Virus record (IMG/VR): IMGVR_UViG_3300042549_010209
Coordinates: 1 to 52,462 of that record
Direction: 5' to 3' (one strand)
DNA length: 52,462 nucleotides
Source of the DNA: a virus
Lineage: Duplodnaviria > Caudoviricetes
This document shows positions 29,070-38,201 of this stretch, piece by piece. The notes beneath the pieces are model-generated. The model had not been told where the DNA came from and did no database searches. It saw nothing but the letters and a program-made list of their open reading frames with translations. The first letter of the stretch is position 1, and each line of letters opens with the position of its first letter. Made by a program: the position numbers and the translations under genes.

Positions 29070-29693
29070 TTAGTTAAAAAACTGTGTTAAATCGGGTCTA
29101 AAGTATTTAATGTTTTTCATTACTTTTCTATCACGTGTTCTATAGACGATATAATATCCGCCAATCTTTTCATAGTGACACGCCTCACCTTGCTCTTCGG
29201 AACGAACTCGTACTGTTTCTTGTGCATCTTCCTCACTTGAACAAGCCTTGCTAAGATTGGACGCTTGTACTTCTTGATATGCGGGCCATACTTTATTCTT
29301 AAGGCCATGTAGCATAGCGCCATTGCCAAGCGAGACATAGGTAATGTCACACAAAGCATCAAGAACTTCAACAATGTTCCCGGTTTCGCACGCATGTTTA
29401 TATTCCTCGAGTTCTTCCAAAATAAAATTATAGACAAACATCCACTCCTTCTCATTGGGGATGACCGGTGTATAATTATTTGGTTTTCCCATTACTGTAT
29501 TGAATTCTTCTACTTCAGATACAAAAGGAACATAATTAGATTGGGATTTTGCCTCTTCAATTTCTTCTTTTAATCGAGTCCATTCTTGAATTACATCATC
29601 TCCAAGTTCAATTTTGGACATTACTGATAAATCTACAACTTGGTTTCGCAGTAAATTAATTAACTCGTCTTGTTTTTGTTCTAGATATGTCAT
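29070..29693 (-). CDS. MazG-like nucleoside triphosphate pyrophosphohydrolase
   Basis: LEELEEY...EVLDALCDITYV...EVQASNLSK...KVMK. Confidence 0.85.
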   Translation of the reverse strand: MTYLEQKQDELINLLRNQVVDLSVMSKIELGDDVIQEWTRLKEEIEEAKSQSNYVPFVSEVEEFNTVMGKPNNYTPVIPNEKEWMFVYNFILEELEEYKHACETGNIVEVLDALCDITYVSLGNGAMLHGLKNKVWPAYQEVQASNLSKACSSEEDAQETVRVRSEEQGEACHYEKIGGYYIVYRTRDRKVMKNIKYFRPDLTQFFN

Positions 29694-29694
29694 A

Positions 29695-29928
29695 TTAAAA
29701 TGGGTTAAAATCGTTTGAGTTAGTTGAATGAATTGTGTTTAAAGCTTCAAGTTTATCCTGGGCATCTGCTAGTTGAGTTACAAACTTATCCATTTCTTCT
29801 AAATGTTGTGGGTGTTCTCCGATTCCAACTGAACTTTCAAAGTAAATTGCTAGGGTTGCTTGTGCTTCTGCGATTTGAGCTTCATACTTTGCTTCTAAAG
29901 CTCTGTATAGTAATTGTGATTTTGTCAT
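29695..29928 (-). CDS. Hypothetical helical-hairpin phage protein
   Basis: VGIGEHPQH motif between two helices. Confidence 0.75.
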   Translation of the reverse strand: MTKSQLLYRALEAKYEAQIAEAQATLAIYFESSVGIGEHPQHLEEMDKFVTQLADAQDKLEALNTIHSTNSNDFNPF

Positions 29929-29929
29929 T

Positions 29930-30100
29930 TTATTTTTCTGTTAAATAGTAATATATTCTTTCTTTTACTGTGTCTTTCCAAACATTGATTCTTGCTTGAG
30001 AAAAACTATCTTTTTTCTTAGGATCAATCAAAATGTGAAGATTACCTCCTAACTCAGCATCCAATAATTTTAATACTTCGTCTTTAGATTTGATGTCCAC
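29930..30100 (-). CDS. Small hypothetical protein (56 aa, GTG start)
   Basis: Manual translation MDIKSKDEVLKLLDAELGG...ERIYYYLTEK; fills the gap. Confidence 0.5.
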   Translation of the reverse strand: MDIKSKDEVLKLLDAELGGNLHILIDPKKKDSFSQARINVWKDTVKERIYYYLTEK

Positions 30101-30782
30101 CGTTATTTATTTTTAATGAATCAAAGAATTCTTTACGTGCTTCGTTTCCATTTTCCATAAACACACCTGATGCTTTGGTTGTAACCATAGAAGCGCCTTG
30201 GTGTTTAACACCTCTACAAGATACACAATTATGTGTTGCTACTGTAGTAACGATTACACCTCTATTTAATTCACATATTTTGTCTACTGCTTGGTGGATT
30301 GCTGAAGTTAATTGTTCTTGGATTGCTCCTCTACGGCCAAAATGTTCTACAATTCGGTTTAGTTTAGATAAACCAATTACTCTACCTTCGTTTCCAACAA
30401 CATAACCAATATGTACAACTCCTCCAATTGTTTGGTGGTGATGTGAACACATTGAAGTTAACGGGATATTTCGTTCAATTACTATACCGTCATATCCATC
30501 GGATGGAAATGAAGTAATATCAGACATCGCATTATATCTACCAGCAAATAAATCGAACACGTATGCCTTAGCTACACGTCGTGGTGTTTCAGATGAATTT
30601 GGATCGTTTTTCCAATCAACACCTAATGCTGTTAAGAATTGTCCATAAGCAACTTCTGCTTTATCAACCATATCCCATTTTTGTCCTTCGGTAAAGGGGA
30701 ATCCAGGAGCAACTCCATTCGCGAAACCTGTTTTAACACACTCTAAATCGGTGTGGTTTTTTCTACGTTTGTTTTCTGTCAT
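30084..30782 (-). CDS. folE: GTP cyclohydrolase I
   Basis: ETPRRVAK, SMCSHH, GLSKLNR, QEQLT, HNCVSCRG; ATG start taken at 30782. Confidence 0.95.
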   Translation of the reverse strand: MTENKRRKNHTDLECVKTGFANGVAPGFPFTEGQKWDMVDKAEVAYGQFLTALGVDWKNDPNSSETPRRVAKAYVFDLFAGRYNAMSDITSFPSDGYDGIVIERNIPLTSMCSHHHQTIGGVVHIGYVVGNEGRVIGLSKLNRIVEHFGRRGAIQEQLTSAIHQAVDKICELNRGVIVTTVATHNCVSCRGVKHQGASMVTTKASGVFMENGNEARKEFFDSLKINNGGHQI

Positions 30783-30800
30783 ATAACTTGTTATTTTGTA

Positions 30801-30832
30801 CAAATGTACGGATAATTTTTAGGGGAAACAAG
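30801..30832 (-). promoter_or_regulatory. Bacteroidota-type promoter for folE-polB
   Basis: CTTG-N20-TACATTTG (exact TAnnTTTG). Confidence 0.7.
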
Positions 30833-30837
30833 GATTT

Positions 30838-31620
30838 TTAAACACCTCGTTTAGTATCAAAGGCAATAATATGATCTCTACCAGTCATGTTATATCCTTT
30901 TTCAGCACACATATCAAATACAAGTGGATACATTTTAATTAATTCTTCTCTAGTATCACCTGCTGGCATAATATATGTTTTATTTTTTGGGATATTTAAC
31001 AACACACGAAATTCTTCAATTTCTTCTAGATTATATTCGGTACCATCCCACACGGGTTTGTAATGGTAGTCAGTATGGTATGCTAGTGTTTGTTTAATAG
31101 TATCGTGTTTTAAACGAAATTTATTGTGTTGATCAACCATTTTTTGGTCTACAATATTCCCAAGAGGTGTAGTAACACCAACCACAGGGACGCTGTTATC
31201 AAATTTAGGGCTAAGAGAAATAAGGCCAATAGGGTAATGTGTTTCGAGAAAATGGGACCCTTCGGTTTCAATAGTGATAAGAATATTTCTTTCATGTGCA
31301 AAATAAGTTAATTCGTTTACAAGTTTTGGATGCATTGTTGGAGAACCACCAGTTAACATCATTTCTTTAATATGAGGGTTCTCGTCATATATTTTTATAA
31401 TATCATTAAATGTGAATGTACCTTTTTCTGGGTGTATTGAAGTATACCAGCTGTCGCACCATCCACCTTCTCCAAAGTAGCAACGGTGTGTACATCCTGT
31501 TGTACGTACTGCGATTGTAGGGCGTCCAAAGCGAGATCCCTCACTTTGAACACAACGATACAATTCTATTATTGGTAATACTTTGTTATAGTCTTCTATT
31601 CTTCCTAATTTTGATTCCAT
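30838..31620 (-). CDS. queE: 7-carboxy-7-deazaguanine synthase (radical SAM)
   Basis: E.Y..VQSEG..G.P...VR..GC...C...WCDS, LTGG, IETEG, SLSPK. Confidence 0.92.
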   Translation of the reverse strand: MESKLGRIEDYNKVLPIIELYRCVQSEGSRFGRPTIAVRTTGCTHRCYFGEGGWCDSWYTSIHPEKGTFTFNDIIKIYDENPHIKEMMLTGGSPTMHPKLVNELTYFAHERNILITIETEGSHFLETHYPIGLISLSPKFDNSVPVVGVTTPLGNIVDQKMVDQHNKFRLKHDTIKQTLAYHTDYHYKPVWDGTEYNLEEIEEFRVLLNIPKNKTYIMPAGDTREELIKMYPLVFDMCAEKGYNMTGRDHIIAFDTKRGV

Positions 31621-31853
31621 AAATTTTTTATCTGTGATTCTGTTAAAACTCCGGCTTGTTTACTTGCAACTTGCCCATTATTTAATATAACAATTGTAGG
31701 TACATTTCTTACACCATATTCGGCAACTAATTGAGGACTCGCATCTACATCAACAAATTGTACAGGTAATTCACGGCTTACTTGTTCCATGATTGGTTTG
31801 AAATTCTTGCACGGTTGACACCAACCCGCAGAGAAATAAAGTATTTTTTTCAT
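31605..31853 (-). CDS. Thioredoxin
   Basis: WCQPC, VDVD, VPT. Confidence 0.92.
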   Translation of the reverse strand: MKKILYFSAGWCQPCKNFKPIMEQVSRELPVQFVDVDASPQLVAEYGVRNVPTIVILNNGQVASKQAGVLTESQIKNLWNQN

Positions 31854-31910
31854 TTTGTTAATAAATATGTAAATTTGATGTTACCAAATGTAGTAGTAAC
31901 TGTATAGTAA

Positions 31911-32042
31911 TTATTGTCCATTTTTTTTATTTTTTTGGTATTCTTTATCTGCTTCCAAAAGTATTTTTGCTACTCTAGGACTAAATGGTCCTATTGTAAT
32001 TGGAGGAACAGGTTTAAGTTGTTTAAACTTTTTATTCCCCAT
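31911..32042 (-). CDS. Small hypothetical protein (43 aa)
   Basis: Manual translation MGNKKFKQLKPVPPITIGPFSPRVAKILLEADKEYQKNKKNGQ. Confidence 0.4.
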   Translation of the reverse strand: MGNKKFKQLKPVPPITIGPFSPRVAKILLEADKEYQKNKKNGQ

Positions 32043-32496
32043 AAATTGCTGAGTTTTTATTATGTTCGCTAAATTCTACTTGGGTAACACGTACTCTGTT
32101 ATTTGTTTCTTCTAGTACAAATGCATTTACTTTGTCGTAAATGTATTTTGCAAATTGTTCTGCTCCGGTAGCTGGGATAATTCTTAATTGAATTATTCCT
32201 TTTATATGCATACCTTCAAAAAAGTTAAGGTGTGGATCATCTTCAGCTATAATTGTAGTGTGATCAAACATATGATCCATCCACATTTTAGGATTCATTC
32301 CATCAATAGTATTTTTAGCACGTTTCATACCGCCAAAATCCCATACCCAATTTTTTTCATCTAGTTCACCTTCAAATATGATTTTGAATGAAACACCATA
32401 ACCATGTAAAAACGAACAATGAGTTCCATCTGCTTTCCATTGACGGAATACTGTACTGAATCCATCAAATATTTTTGTTGATTTAAATTTTGCCAT
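32032..32496 (-). CDS. queD: 6-carboxytetrahydropterin synthase
   Basis: HCSFLHGY, WVWDFG, FDH, E.FA, V.FSE; clustered with queE/queC/folE. Confidence 0.9.
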   Translation of the reverse strand: MAKFKSTKIFDGFSTVFRQWKADGTHCSFLHGYGVSFKIIFEGELDEKNWVWDFGGMKRAKNTIDGMNPKMWMDHMFDHTTIIAEDDPHLNFFEGMHIKGIIQLRIIPATGAEQFAKYIYDKVNAFVLEETNNRVRVTQVEFSEHNKNSAIYGE

Positions 32497-32507
32497 TTTA
32501 ATTTGTT

Positions 32508-32942
32508 TTATTCTACTATTTCATAAGTTAAGTCAAAGATATCAGGTTTACATGGATAAAATTCTCCTTTAACACCTCTGATAATATAATCGTTCCAAGA
32601 CAATTCCATTTTACCTTCTAATGTGTTAATAAAATGTTTTACCTCATCTTCATCTGTATTTATTATTAGAGTATCACCTAACATTTCATAAACTTGTTCA
32701 ATGTTATCAGATACCCATTGAATTGCTTCAATCTCTACTGGTTTTTTTCTATATATTCCCATTTTATTTTTATTTTTATATTCTTTTTCTATTGGTTTTT
32801 CTATTTCAACTGTAATATATTCTGGAAAGAACATATTTAATCCTACTCCAGTGCATATTTTTATTGTGGTTTTGTTTTTCTTTGCCATAACTTTTTGGTA
32901 TAATTCCCAATCTAATATACAACTATCCTGCATGACTTTCAA
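32508..32942 (-). CDS. Phage protein of the RKKPV..EA family (start uncertain)
   Basis: YRKKPVEIEAIQW...TLEG.M....DYII.GVKGEFYPCKPDIF..TY. Confidence 0.7.
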   Translation of the reverse strand: MKVMQDSCILDWELYQKVMAKKNKTTIKICTGVGLNMFFPEYITVEIEKPIEKEYKNKNKMGIYRKKPVEIEAIQWVSDNIEQVYEMLGDTLIINTDEDEVKHFINTLEGKMELSWNDYIIRGVKGEFYPCKPDIFDLTYEIVE

Positions 32943-33810
32943 GTACTTTTGTTACTTCATTTACTACGTGTTCCCAAGTTACAGGACCTTCTTCATCAGC
33001 ATATCCCACAGGATCTTTACGGCCTAATTTAATAAACGCCTCTACTCGCTCAACTGATGATGCTGATTTATAGTCACTAAACCATTTATGGGTATAGGTT
33101 TTTCTTTCAGGATGATCTGTATCTTCCCACACTGCAAATAGGATTGGTTTGTATGATGTATTTGTTCTTGAATATACTTTATTAAAATCTAAATCTAATT
33201 CTTCACATAACGTTTCTCCATCTTGTAAAATGGTAAATTTATTTCCTTCAAGGTATGGTGTAAAATAACCTACTTTTTCAGATCCCCAATTCCCTACTCT
33301 AAATGCATGGTCATCTGCATCTCTAAATTCTTGTCTGCAATCAGGATAAATTGCATGATCGCCTGCATGTATTCCTAAAGCAATATCGCATTGTTCACCT
33401 GTTTTTTCTGCAATTGAAAGTGCAATTGCTTGAACGATGGAAGCAAATATTTTGTTTCTATTTGGAACAACTGTTGCTTTCATGTTTTCTTCAGCATAGT
33501 GTCCTTCAGGTACTTCATCTCCACCTGTTACAAGTGCTGAGTTAAGTAGGGAAGATAAACCATCAAGTATAATTTGACGATAACGAATAATGGTATATAC
33601 TGTTTCTCCATTAATCTCAATAGGTTTTTCAAATGTATAATTGATATAATTTACCAATGATTCAGCTCGTTCAAGCTCAACTCGATGCTTTTGTCCATAA
33701 TCAAATGAAATTGCTGTTACTGTATCGTACTCTTTCAAGCAGCGAAGCAACAATGTACTGGAATCCATTCCTCCAGATAGGGATATTACTACGTGTTTCA
33801 TATTATTCAT
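32923..33810 (-). CDS. queC: 7-cyano-7-deazaguanine synthase
   Basis: SGGMDS, FDYGQKH, TVVPNRN, YPDCR. Confidence 0.93.
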   Translation of the reverse strand: MNNMKHVVISLSGGMDSSTLLLRCLKEYDTVTAISFDYGQKHRVELERAESLVNYINYTFEKPIEINGETVYTIIRYRQIILDGLSSLLNSALVTGGDEVPEGHYAEENMKATVVPNRNKIFASIVQAIALSIAEKTGEQCDIALGIHAGDHAIYPDCRQEFRDADDHAFRVGNWGSEKVGYFTPYLEGNKFTILQDGETLCEELDLDFNKVYSRTNTSYKPILFAVWEDTDHPERKTYTHKWFSDYKSASSVERVEAFIKLGRKDPVGYADEEGPVTWEHVVNEVTKVLESHAG

Positions 33811-33949
33811 TATTTAATTTATCGTATTCTTCTTTGGTCATTCCTCCCATCAACATATAAGCTTCAAAGTCAATATCCAAAAGTCTCCAATGATTATACC
33901 ATTCTGATTTCCAAACTTCACGGTACTCTTCAAATGTTTTTGAATCCAT
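33803..33949 (-). CDS. Small hypothetical protein (48 aa)
   Basis: Manual translation MDSKTFEEYREVWKSEWYNHWRLLDIDFEAYMLMGGMTKEEYDKLNNE. Confidence 0.55.
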   Translation of the reverse strand: MDSKTFEEYREVWKSEWYNHWRLLDIDFEAYMLMGGMTKEEYDKLNNE

Positions 33950-33951
33950 GT

Positions 33952-34206
33952 TTAAAATGGTAAATCGTCATCAGCAAGATTTCCTGTCCAATCATGTCCT
34001 TTAGGCAAAACATCTTCCGTTGGTTTTCTAAAATAAAATTCAAGAAAATCTTTTGGATATAAATGTACAGAACCTGTATATTTTGGATTTGATATTTCTC
34101 TTTCTTGTGGTTTAATACCACCTTGGTAAGCTGCTTGTGCAACTTGTCCTCCTAGTTCTTTACCTGCTGGTTTTCCTAGGTAATCATATAAACTTAAGTA
34201 TTCCAT
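33952..34206 (-). CDS. Hypothetical protein
   Basis: 84-aa ORF with DDDLPF tail. Confidence 0.75.
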   Translation of the reverse strand: MEYLSLYDYLGKPAGKELGGQVAQAAYQGGIKPQEREISNPKYTGSVHLYPKDFLEFYFRKPTEDVLPKGHDWTGNLADDDLPF

Positions 34207-34207
34207 A

Positions 34208-35002
34208 TTATAAATTATTTATTTTTCTAAACATTTCAACATTGTATTCTACAAGATCTTCATTGACAAAATCTAAACTTACGTCTTGATATTTGTTCAT
34301 ATTGGCTACTGGTTTGGAGTTAAGTCCCATTTTTGTATATGGCATTTCCCCAATTGCAGCCATAATGGGATTTGAGGTATCAATTGATTCAATGAATTTA
34401 AAGTTGCTATACATTCCAAATTCAATAGGAGAAGCAGTTCCAAGTAAGTGTACGCGATCAAAATCTGTTAGTGTTTTATTTTTATATAAAGTAGATATAG
34501 CCATAAATCTACCAATTGCTTTACCCAAATCCTTGTTTGGGTGTGGACACAAGTCATTGTAATATGAAGCACCGTATGAATATGCTATTTTCTTGTATCC
34601 TAAATCTTTATATGATAGAGTACAAAGTGTTGCTTCATGTAAATCCTTTGCTTGAACTACAGCTACCTTTAGTACTTCTTTAGGTAATTTAATTTTAGAC
34701 CATTGTTTTGCATTTACAACTGAAGCTGTATGGTTTTCCCATACGTCTGGGACTATAAATTCATTTGGTTTAATTTCATTTACCCAATACAGTAAACGTT
34801 CTGTGTTGTATGCTTCTCCAAGTTCATGGAGTGAATTGTCCATTACAATGTATCGACCCATTTCCTTTGACTTGTAGAAGAAATTGCGATATTCTTCGTT
34901 TTCGTCCATTAAATGAGGTAAACAATAATCATAATCGTTAAATTCTCTACTTGAGTCAAGTAGACAAAATGGTACTTCGTGTGATACTTTTACTTTTTTC
35001 AT
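34208..35002 (-). CDS. dpdA: TGT-fold DNA guanine transglycosylase (DpdA-like)
   Basis: MDNS (DSG-equivalent), PDV, VVQ, VHLLG, SIDTS in TGT order; adjacent to que genes. Confidence 0.7.
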   Translation of the reverse strand: MKKVKVSHEVPFCLLDSSREFNDYDYCLPHLMDENEEYRNFFYKSKEMGRYIVMDNSLHELGEAYNTERLLYWVNEIKPNEFIVPDVWENHTASVVNAKQWSKIKLPKEVLKVAVVQAKDLHEATLCTLSYKDLGYKKIAYSYGASYYNDLCPHPNKDLGKAIGRFMAISTLYKNKTLTDFDRVHLLGTASPIEFGMYSNFKFIESIDTSNPIMAAIGEMPYTKMGLNSKPVANMNKYQDVSLDFVNEDLVEYNVEMFRKINNL

Positions 35003-35003
35003 A

Positions 35004-35252
35004 TTAATTTAATGCGTAATTAGATTCTGTTGCTTCTTCGTATACACCATCAGCACTTGCAAATCTGTCTGCGTTATATCCATACCACCGTAATCCCATT
35101 TTAGTCATACCATAGTTGTTTATACCTGCTATAATGTAAACTCGTTGATCAAAGTTATTTAGAAATTCATCTTCAACTTCATATTCCTTTCCTTCAGTTA
35201 AATTTGAACCTTCAGGTAGTCTTTTATCATTTATACAAACTACTTTCTTCAT
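35004..35252 (-). CDS. Hypothetical SH3-like protein
   Basis: VVCIND...LTEGKEYEV...Y...RF. Confidence 0.7.
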   Translation of the reverse strand: MKKVVCINDKRLPEGSNLTEGKEYEVEDEFLNNFDQRVYIIAGINNYGMTKMGLRWYGYNADRFASADGVYEEATESNYALN

Positions 35253-35479
35253 TTAATCGGTGATTTTTTAATTTCATGGAAGATATGGATTGCAGCTTCT
35301 AAATCTTGTTTGTTTTGAGGGATTTCCCTTAGTGGAGATTTGTATTCAGTAACAGTTCCATCAGGTTGAACTGATCTAGATACTCGAATGCCTCTTCTGT
35401 GTTTGTATGGTTTTTTAGCAAAACCTAATTCACGTAAAAGTGATAATAATTTGCTTTTAGCTTTTTTTCTTGTAGTCAT
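35249..35479 (-). CDS. Basic hypothetical protein
   Basis: 76-aa ORF downstream of promoter. Confidence 0.65.
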   Translation of the reverse strand: MTTRKKAKSKLLSLLRELGFAKKPYKHRRGIRVSRSVQPDGTVTEYKSPLREIPQNKQDLEAAIHIFHEIKKSPIK

Positions 35480-35498
35480 AACTTTTATTTTTATACCT

Positions 35499-35530
35499 TT
35501 AATATACGAAATAAAAATATTAACTCCAAG
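35499..35530 (-). promoter_or_regulatory. Bacteroidota-type promoter for dpdA/que operon
   Basis: CTTG-N20-TATATTAA. Confidence 0.6.
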
Positions 35531-35535
35531 TTTTT

Positions 35536-36354
35536 TTACACGTAATTAAATTTTTCGAAATACCATTTGTAACTTTGTTTAATTAAGTCACAATTTTGGA
35601 AACCTAAAATGCTAGTATAGTCTTGTGCTACTGGTTTTATTGTAGGTTGGATTTCGTGGTCTCCAAATATTCCATGTATAACATCGTTTTCGTGAGTTAA
35701 TTGTTCTACGTTTTCAAAGTCATGTTTGAAATATGGAATTTCAAGATAATTGTATATCCGTTGCATTTCTGCCTCTGGGTTTGTGGTAAAGTCCTCGAAT
35801 CGAATAAATAGAAAATGTGAATCATATCCTTGTTGGATTGAATCTTTTAACCACTCTAAAGCAGGACCAATTGGAGGTGCAACGGAGAAATGTTGCATAC
35901 GATTATCCGTAGTCATGTTTTTAAGTTGAGCTCCGTTTACAATTTGGGGGTCTTTGTGTGGATTTTTTCTGTAATTTTTTTCCATTGAAGCAAATACTCC
36001 CCTCAAATCTCGAACCATTACTATAGCTTTTGCTCCTGGTTCAATAAAGTTAGCAAAACGGAAATTGCCCGTCCATGCTCTACTTTTGTCTATAACGTAA
36101 GGGCGATCTGTGATTGCATCAAAGTATCCATATAGTCCTGCTTTACAGAAACCATGGAATGCTTTTTCCATTTCTTTTGGATCTTGTGCTTTGAAAGCAT
36201 CACCTGTTGAATAAAGTGAACGAGCCGTTAATAAAAATTCTATAACACCGGAAGTTGGAGTAGAATATATTTCGGGATTTTGCATTAAAACATTTTGCAA
36301 TAACGTTGAACCTGCTCTTGGGAGAGAGGCATTGAAAAAAACCTTTTTTACCAT
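35536..36354 (-). CDS. Sulfotransferase family protein
   Basis: 5'-PSB LPRAGSTLL, DKS, 3'-PB VRD...AS, IRFEDF. Confidence 0.88.
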   Translation of the reverse strand: MVKKVFFNASLPRAGSTLLQNVLMQNPEIYSTPTSGVIEFLLTARSLYSTGDAFKAQDPKEMEKAFHGFCKAGLYGYFDAITDRPYVIDKSRAWTGNFRFANFIEPGAKAIVMVRDLRGVFASMEKNYRKNPHKDPQIVNGAQLKNMTTDNRMQHFSVAPPIGPALEWLKDSIQQGYDSHFLFIRFEDFTTNPEAEMQRIYNYLEIPYFKHDFENVEQLTHENDVIHGIFGDHEIQPTIKPVAQDYTSILGFQNCDLIKQSYKWYFEKFNYV

Positions 36355-36360
36355 AAAATT

Positions 36361-38073
36361 TTATTGGATCATTAATAATCGATATGTATTTCCGTTTAAA
36401 TTAATTGCTAAAGTATGAGTTGAACTTGCACTTGATTCTGTTGCAATTGGTCCAATTGGATAATCTTGAGAGCCTAAAGCAAACTGTCCATTATCTGTTG
36501 CTGCAGCTTTTGCTCCAAGTATAACTGAACCGGAGAAATCATTTGATTGGACTTTATATCCTAGACCTGAGTTGTGGGTTCCTGTTGTATTTGAAGATAA
36601 AGCACTGTTACCTAAAGCAACGTTATATTGTCCTGTTCTATTTTTTTCTAAAGCACTTGCTCCTAAAGCAACGTTATTAGTTCCTGTTGTATTAAAAACT
36701 AAAGCACTTGCTCCTAAAGCAATATTAGCAGTTCCTAAGGTATTTTGTTGTAAAGCATTTGTACCTAAAGCAATATTAGTACTTCCTTCTGTGTTTGATT
36801 TTAAAGATTGATATCCTAAAGCAATGTTAGAGTTTCCTGTTGTATTGTAAAATAAAGCACGTCTACCTAAAGCAACGTTATTATATCCTGTTGTATTGTA
36901 TTTTAAAGTACTTTCACCTAAAGCAACGTTACTATTTCCTGTTGTATTGTATCTTAAAGCATTTTCTCCTAAAGCAACGTTACTGTCTCCTGTTGTATTT
37001 GAGGATAAAGCACTTGCTCCTAAAGCAATGTTATTGGTTCCTGTACTGTAGGTATAACCCCCATACCCATCAGATATTTTTTGTCCCGTTAATGCATTTG
37101 GTCCTATTGCTATGTTTGGTTTGTTGGTTTGGAAATATCTTAAAGTATATGCTCCTAAAGCAACGTTATTGGCTCCTTCTGTATTTGAGGATAAAGCACT
37201 GTTACCTAAAGCAACGTTATAATTTCCTGTTGTATTACTATATAAAGCACTATCACCTAAAGCAACATTTTGATATCCTGTTGTATTTGTTTGTAAAGCA
37301 CGTGGTCCTAAAGCAACGTTATTGTTTCCTGTTGTATTTGCAGTTAAAGCATTTTGTCCTAAAGCAACGTTATAGTTTCCTGTTATGTTACTACCTAAAG
37401 CAGTATTTCCTAAAGCAACGTTATAGTTTCCTGTTGTATTGTATAATAAAGCACTTGATCCTAAAGCAACGTTATTAGTTCCTGTTATATTTTGTTGTAA
37501 AGCACTTGCTCCTAAAGCAATGTTATTGGTTCCTTCTGTATTTGAAGTTAAAGCACTTAGGCCTAAAGCAACGTTATTAGTTCCTGTTGTGTTATTAAAT
37601 AACACGTTACTACCTAAAGCAATATTAAAGTTTCCTGTTGTATTTGAATGTAAAGTAAGTGGTCCTAAAGCAATATTAACACTTCCTTCTGTATTATCAT
37701 ATAAAGCATTAAAGCCTAAAGCAACGTTGTTGTTTCCTATAGTATTTGATTGTAAAGCAGAAGTACCTAAAGCAACGTTGTTGTTTCCTTCTGTGTTTGA
37801 AGTTAAAGCACTTAGGCCTAAAGCAACGTTATTAGTTCCTGTTGTATTTGCAGATAAAGCACTTGGTCCTAAAGCAATATTATTACTTACATTTGAACCA
37901 CCTAAACCAAGAGTTAATAAATTTACTGTTGTAGCTGATAGAGCATTAACAACTGCTAAACTTTCTATAGTACCATCTACTGGGTTGCCTGTTCCGTCTT
38001 GAATTTCGCCTCCATCTACTTGGAGTACTCTTTGATATGATTCACTTATGGATTGTCCTGCGAAATTTGCCAT
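36361..38073 (-). CDS. Beta-roll repeat tail fibre/adhesin-like protein
   Basis: About 30 copies of the 14-aa unit NTTGxxNVALGxxAL; late-like motif at 38098-38106. Confidence 0.8.
   Translation of the reverse strand: MANFAGQSISESYQRVLQVDGGEIQDGTGNPVDGTIESLAVVNALSATTVNLLTLGLGGSNVSNNIALGPSALSANTTGTNNVALGLSALTSNTEGNNNVALGTSALQSNTIGNNNVALGFNALYDNTEGSVNIALGPLTLHSNTTGNFNIALGSNVLFNNTTGTNNVALGLSALTSNTEGTNNIALGASALQQNITGTNNVALGSSALLYNTTGNYNVALGNTALGSNITGNYNVALGQNALTANTTGNNNVALGPRALQTNTTGYQNVALGDSALYSNTTGNYNVALGNSALSSNTEGANNVALGAYTLRYFQTNKPNIAIGPNALTGQKISDGYGGYTYSTGTNNIALGASALSSNTTGDSNVALGENALRYNTTGNSNVALGESTLKYNTTGYNNVALGRRALFYNTTGNSNIALGYQSLKSNTEGSTNIALGTNALQQNTLGTANIALGASALVFNTTGTNNVALGASALEKNRTGQYNVALGNSALSSNTTGTHNSGLGYKVQSNDFSGSVILGAKAAATDNGQFALGSQDYPIGPIATESSASSTHTLAINLNGNTYRLLMIQ
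36560..37885. repeat. 42-nt coding tandem repeat
   Basis: Recurrent cctaaagcaacgtt...cctgttgtatt at 42-nt period. Confidence 0.9.
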
Positions 38074-38116
38074 TGAAATATAATTTTGTTTTACTATAAT
38101 AAATATTGAAGAAATA

Positions 38117-38200
38117 TTAACTCCAACCTTTTCCAGTAAAAATCATTGCTTTAATTTTTTCTTGTTCAAGAAATGTTAAATATTTAAAAAATCGTTTCAT
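38117..38200 (-). CDS. Very small hypothetical protein (27 aa)
   Basis: MKRFFKYLTFLEQEKIKAMIFTGKGWS immediately after the thyA stop. Confidence 0.4.
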   Translation of the reverse strand: MKRFFKYLTFLEQEKIKAMIFTGKGWS

Positions 38201-38201
38201 A

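Noticed and set aside
36560-37885. CRISPR array
   Set aside because: The 42-nt period is in-frame coding repeat with degenerate units, not repeat-spacer structure
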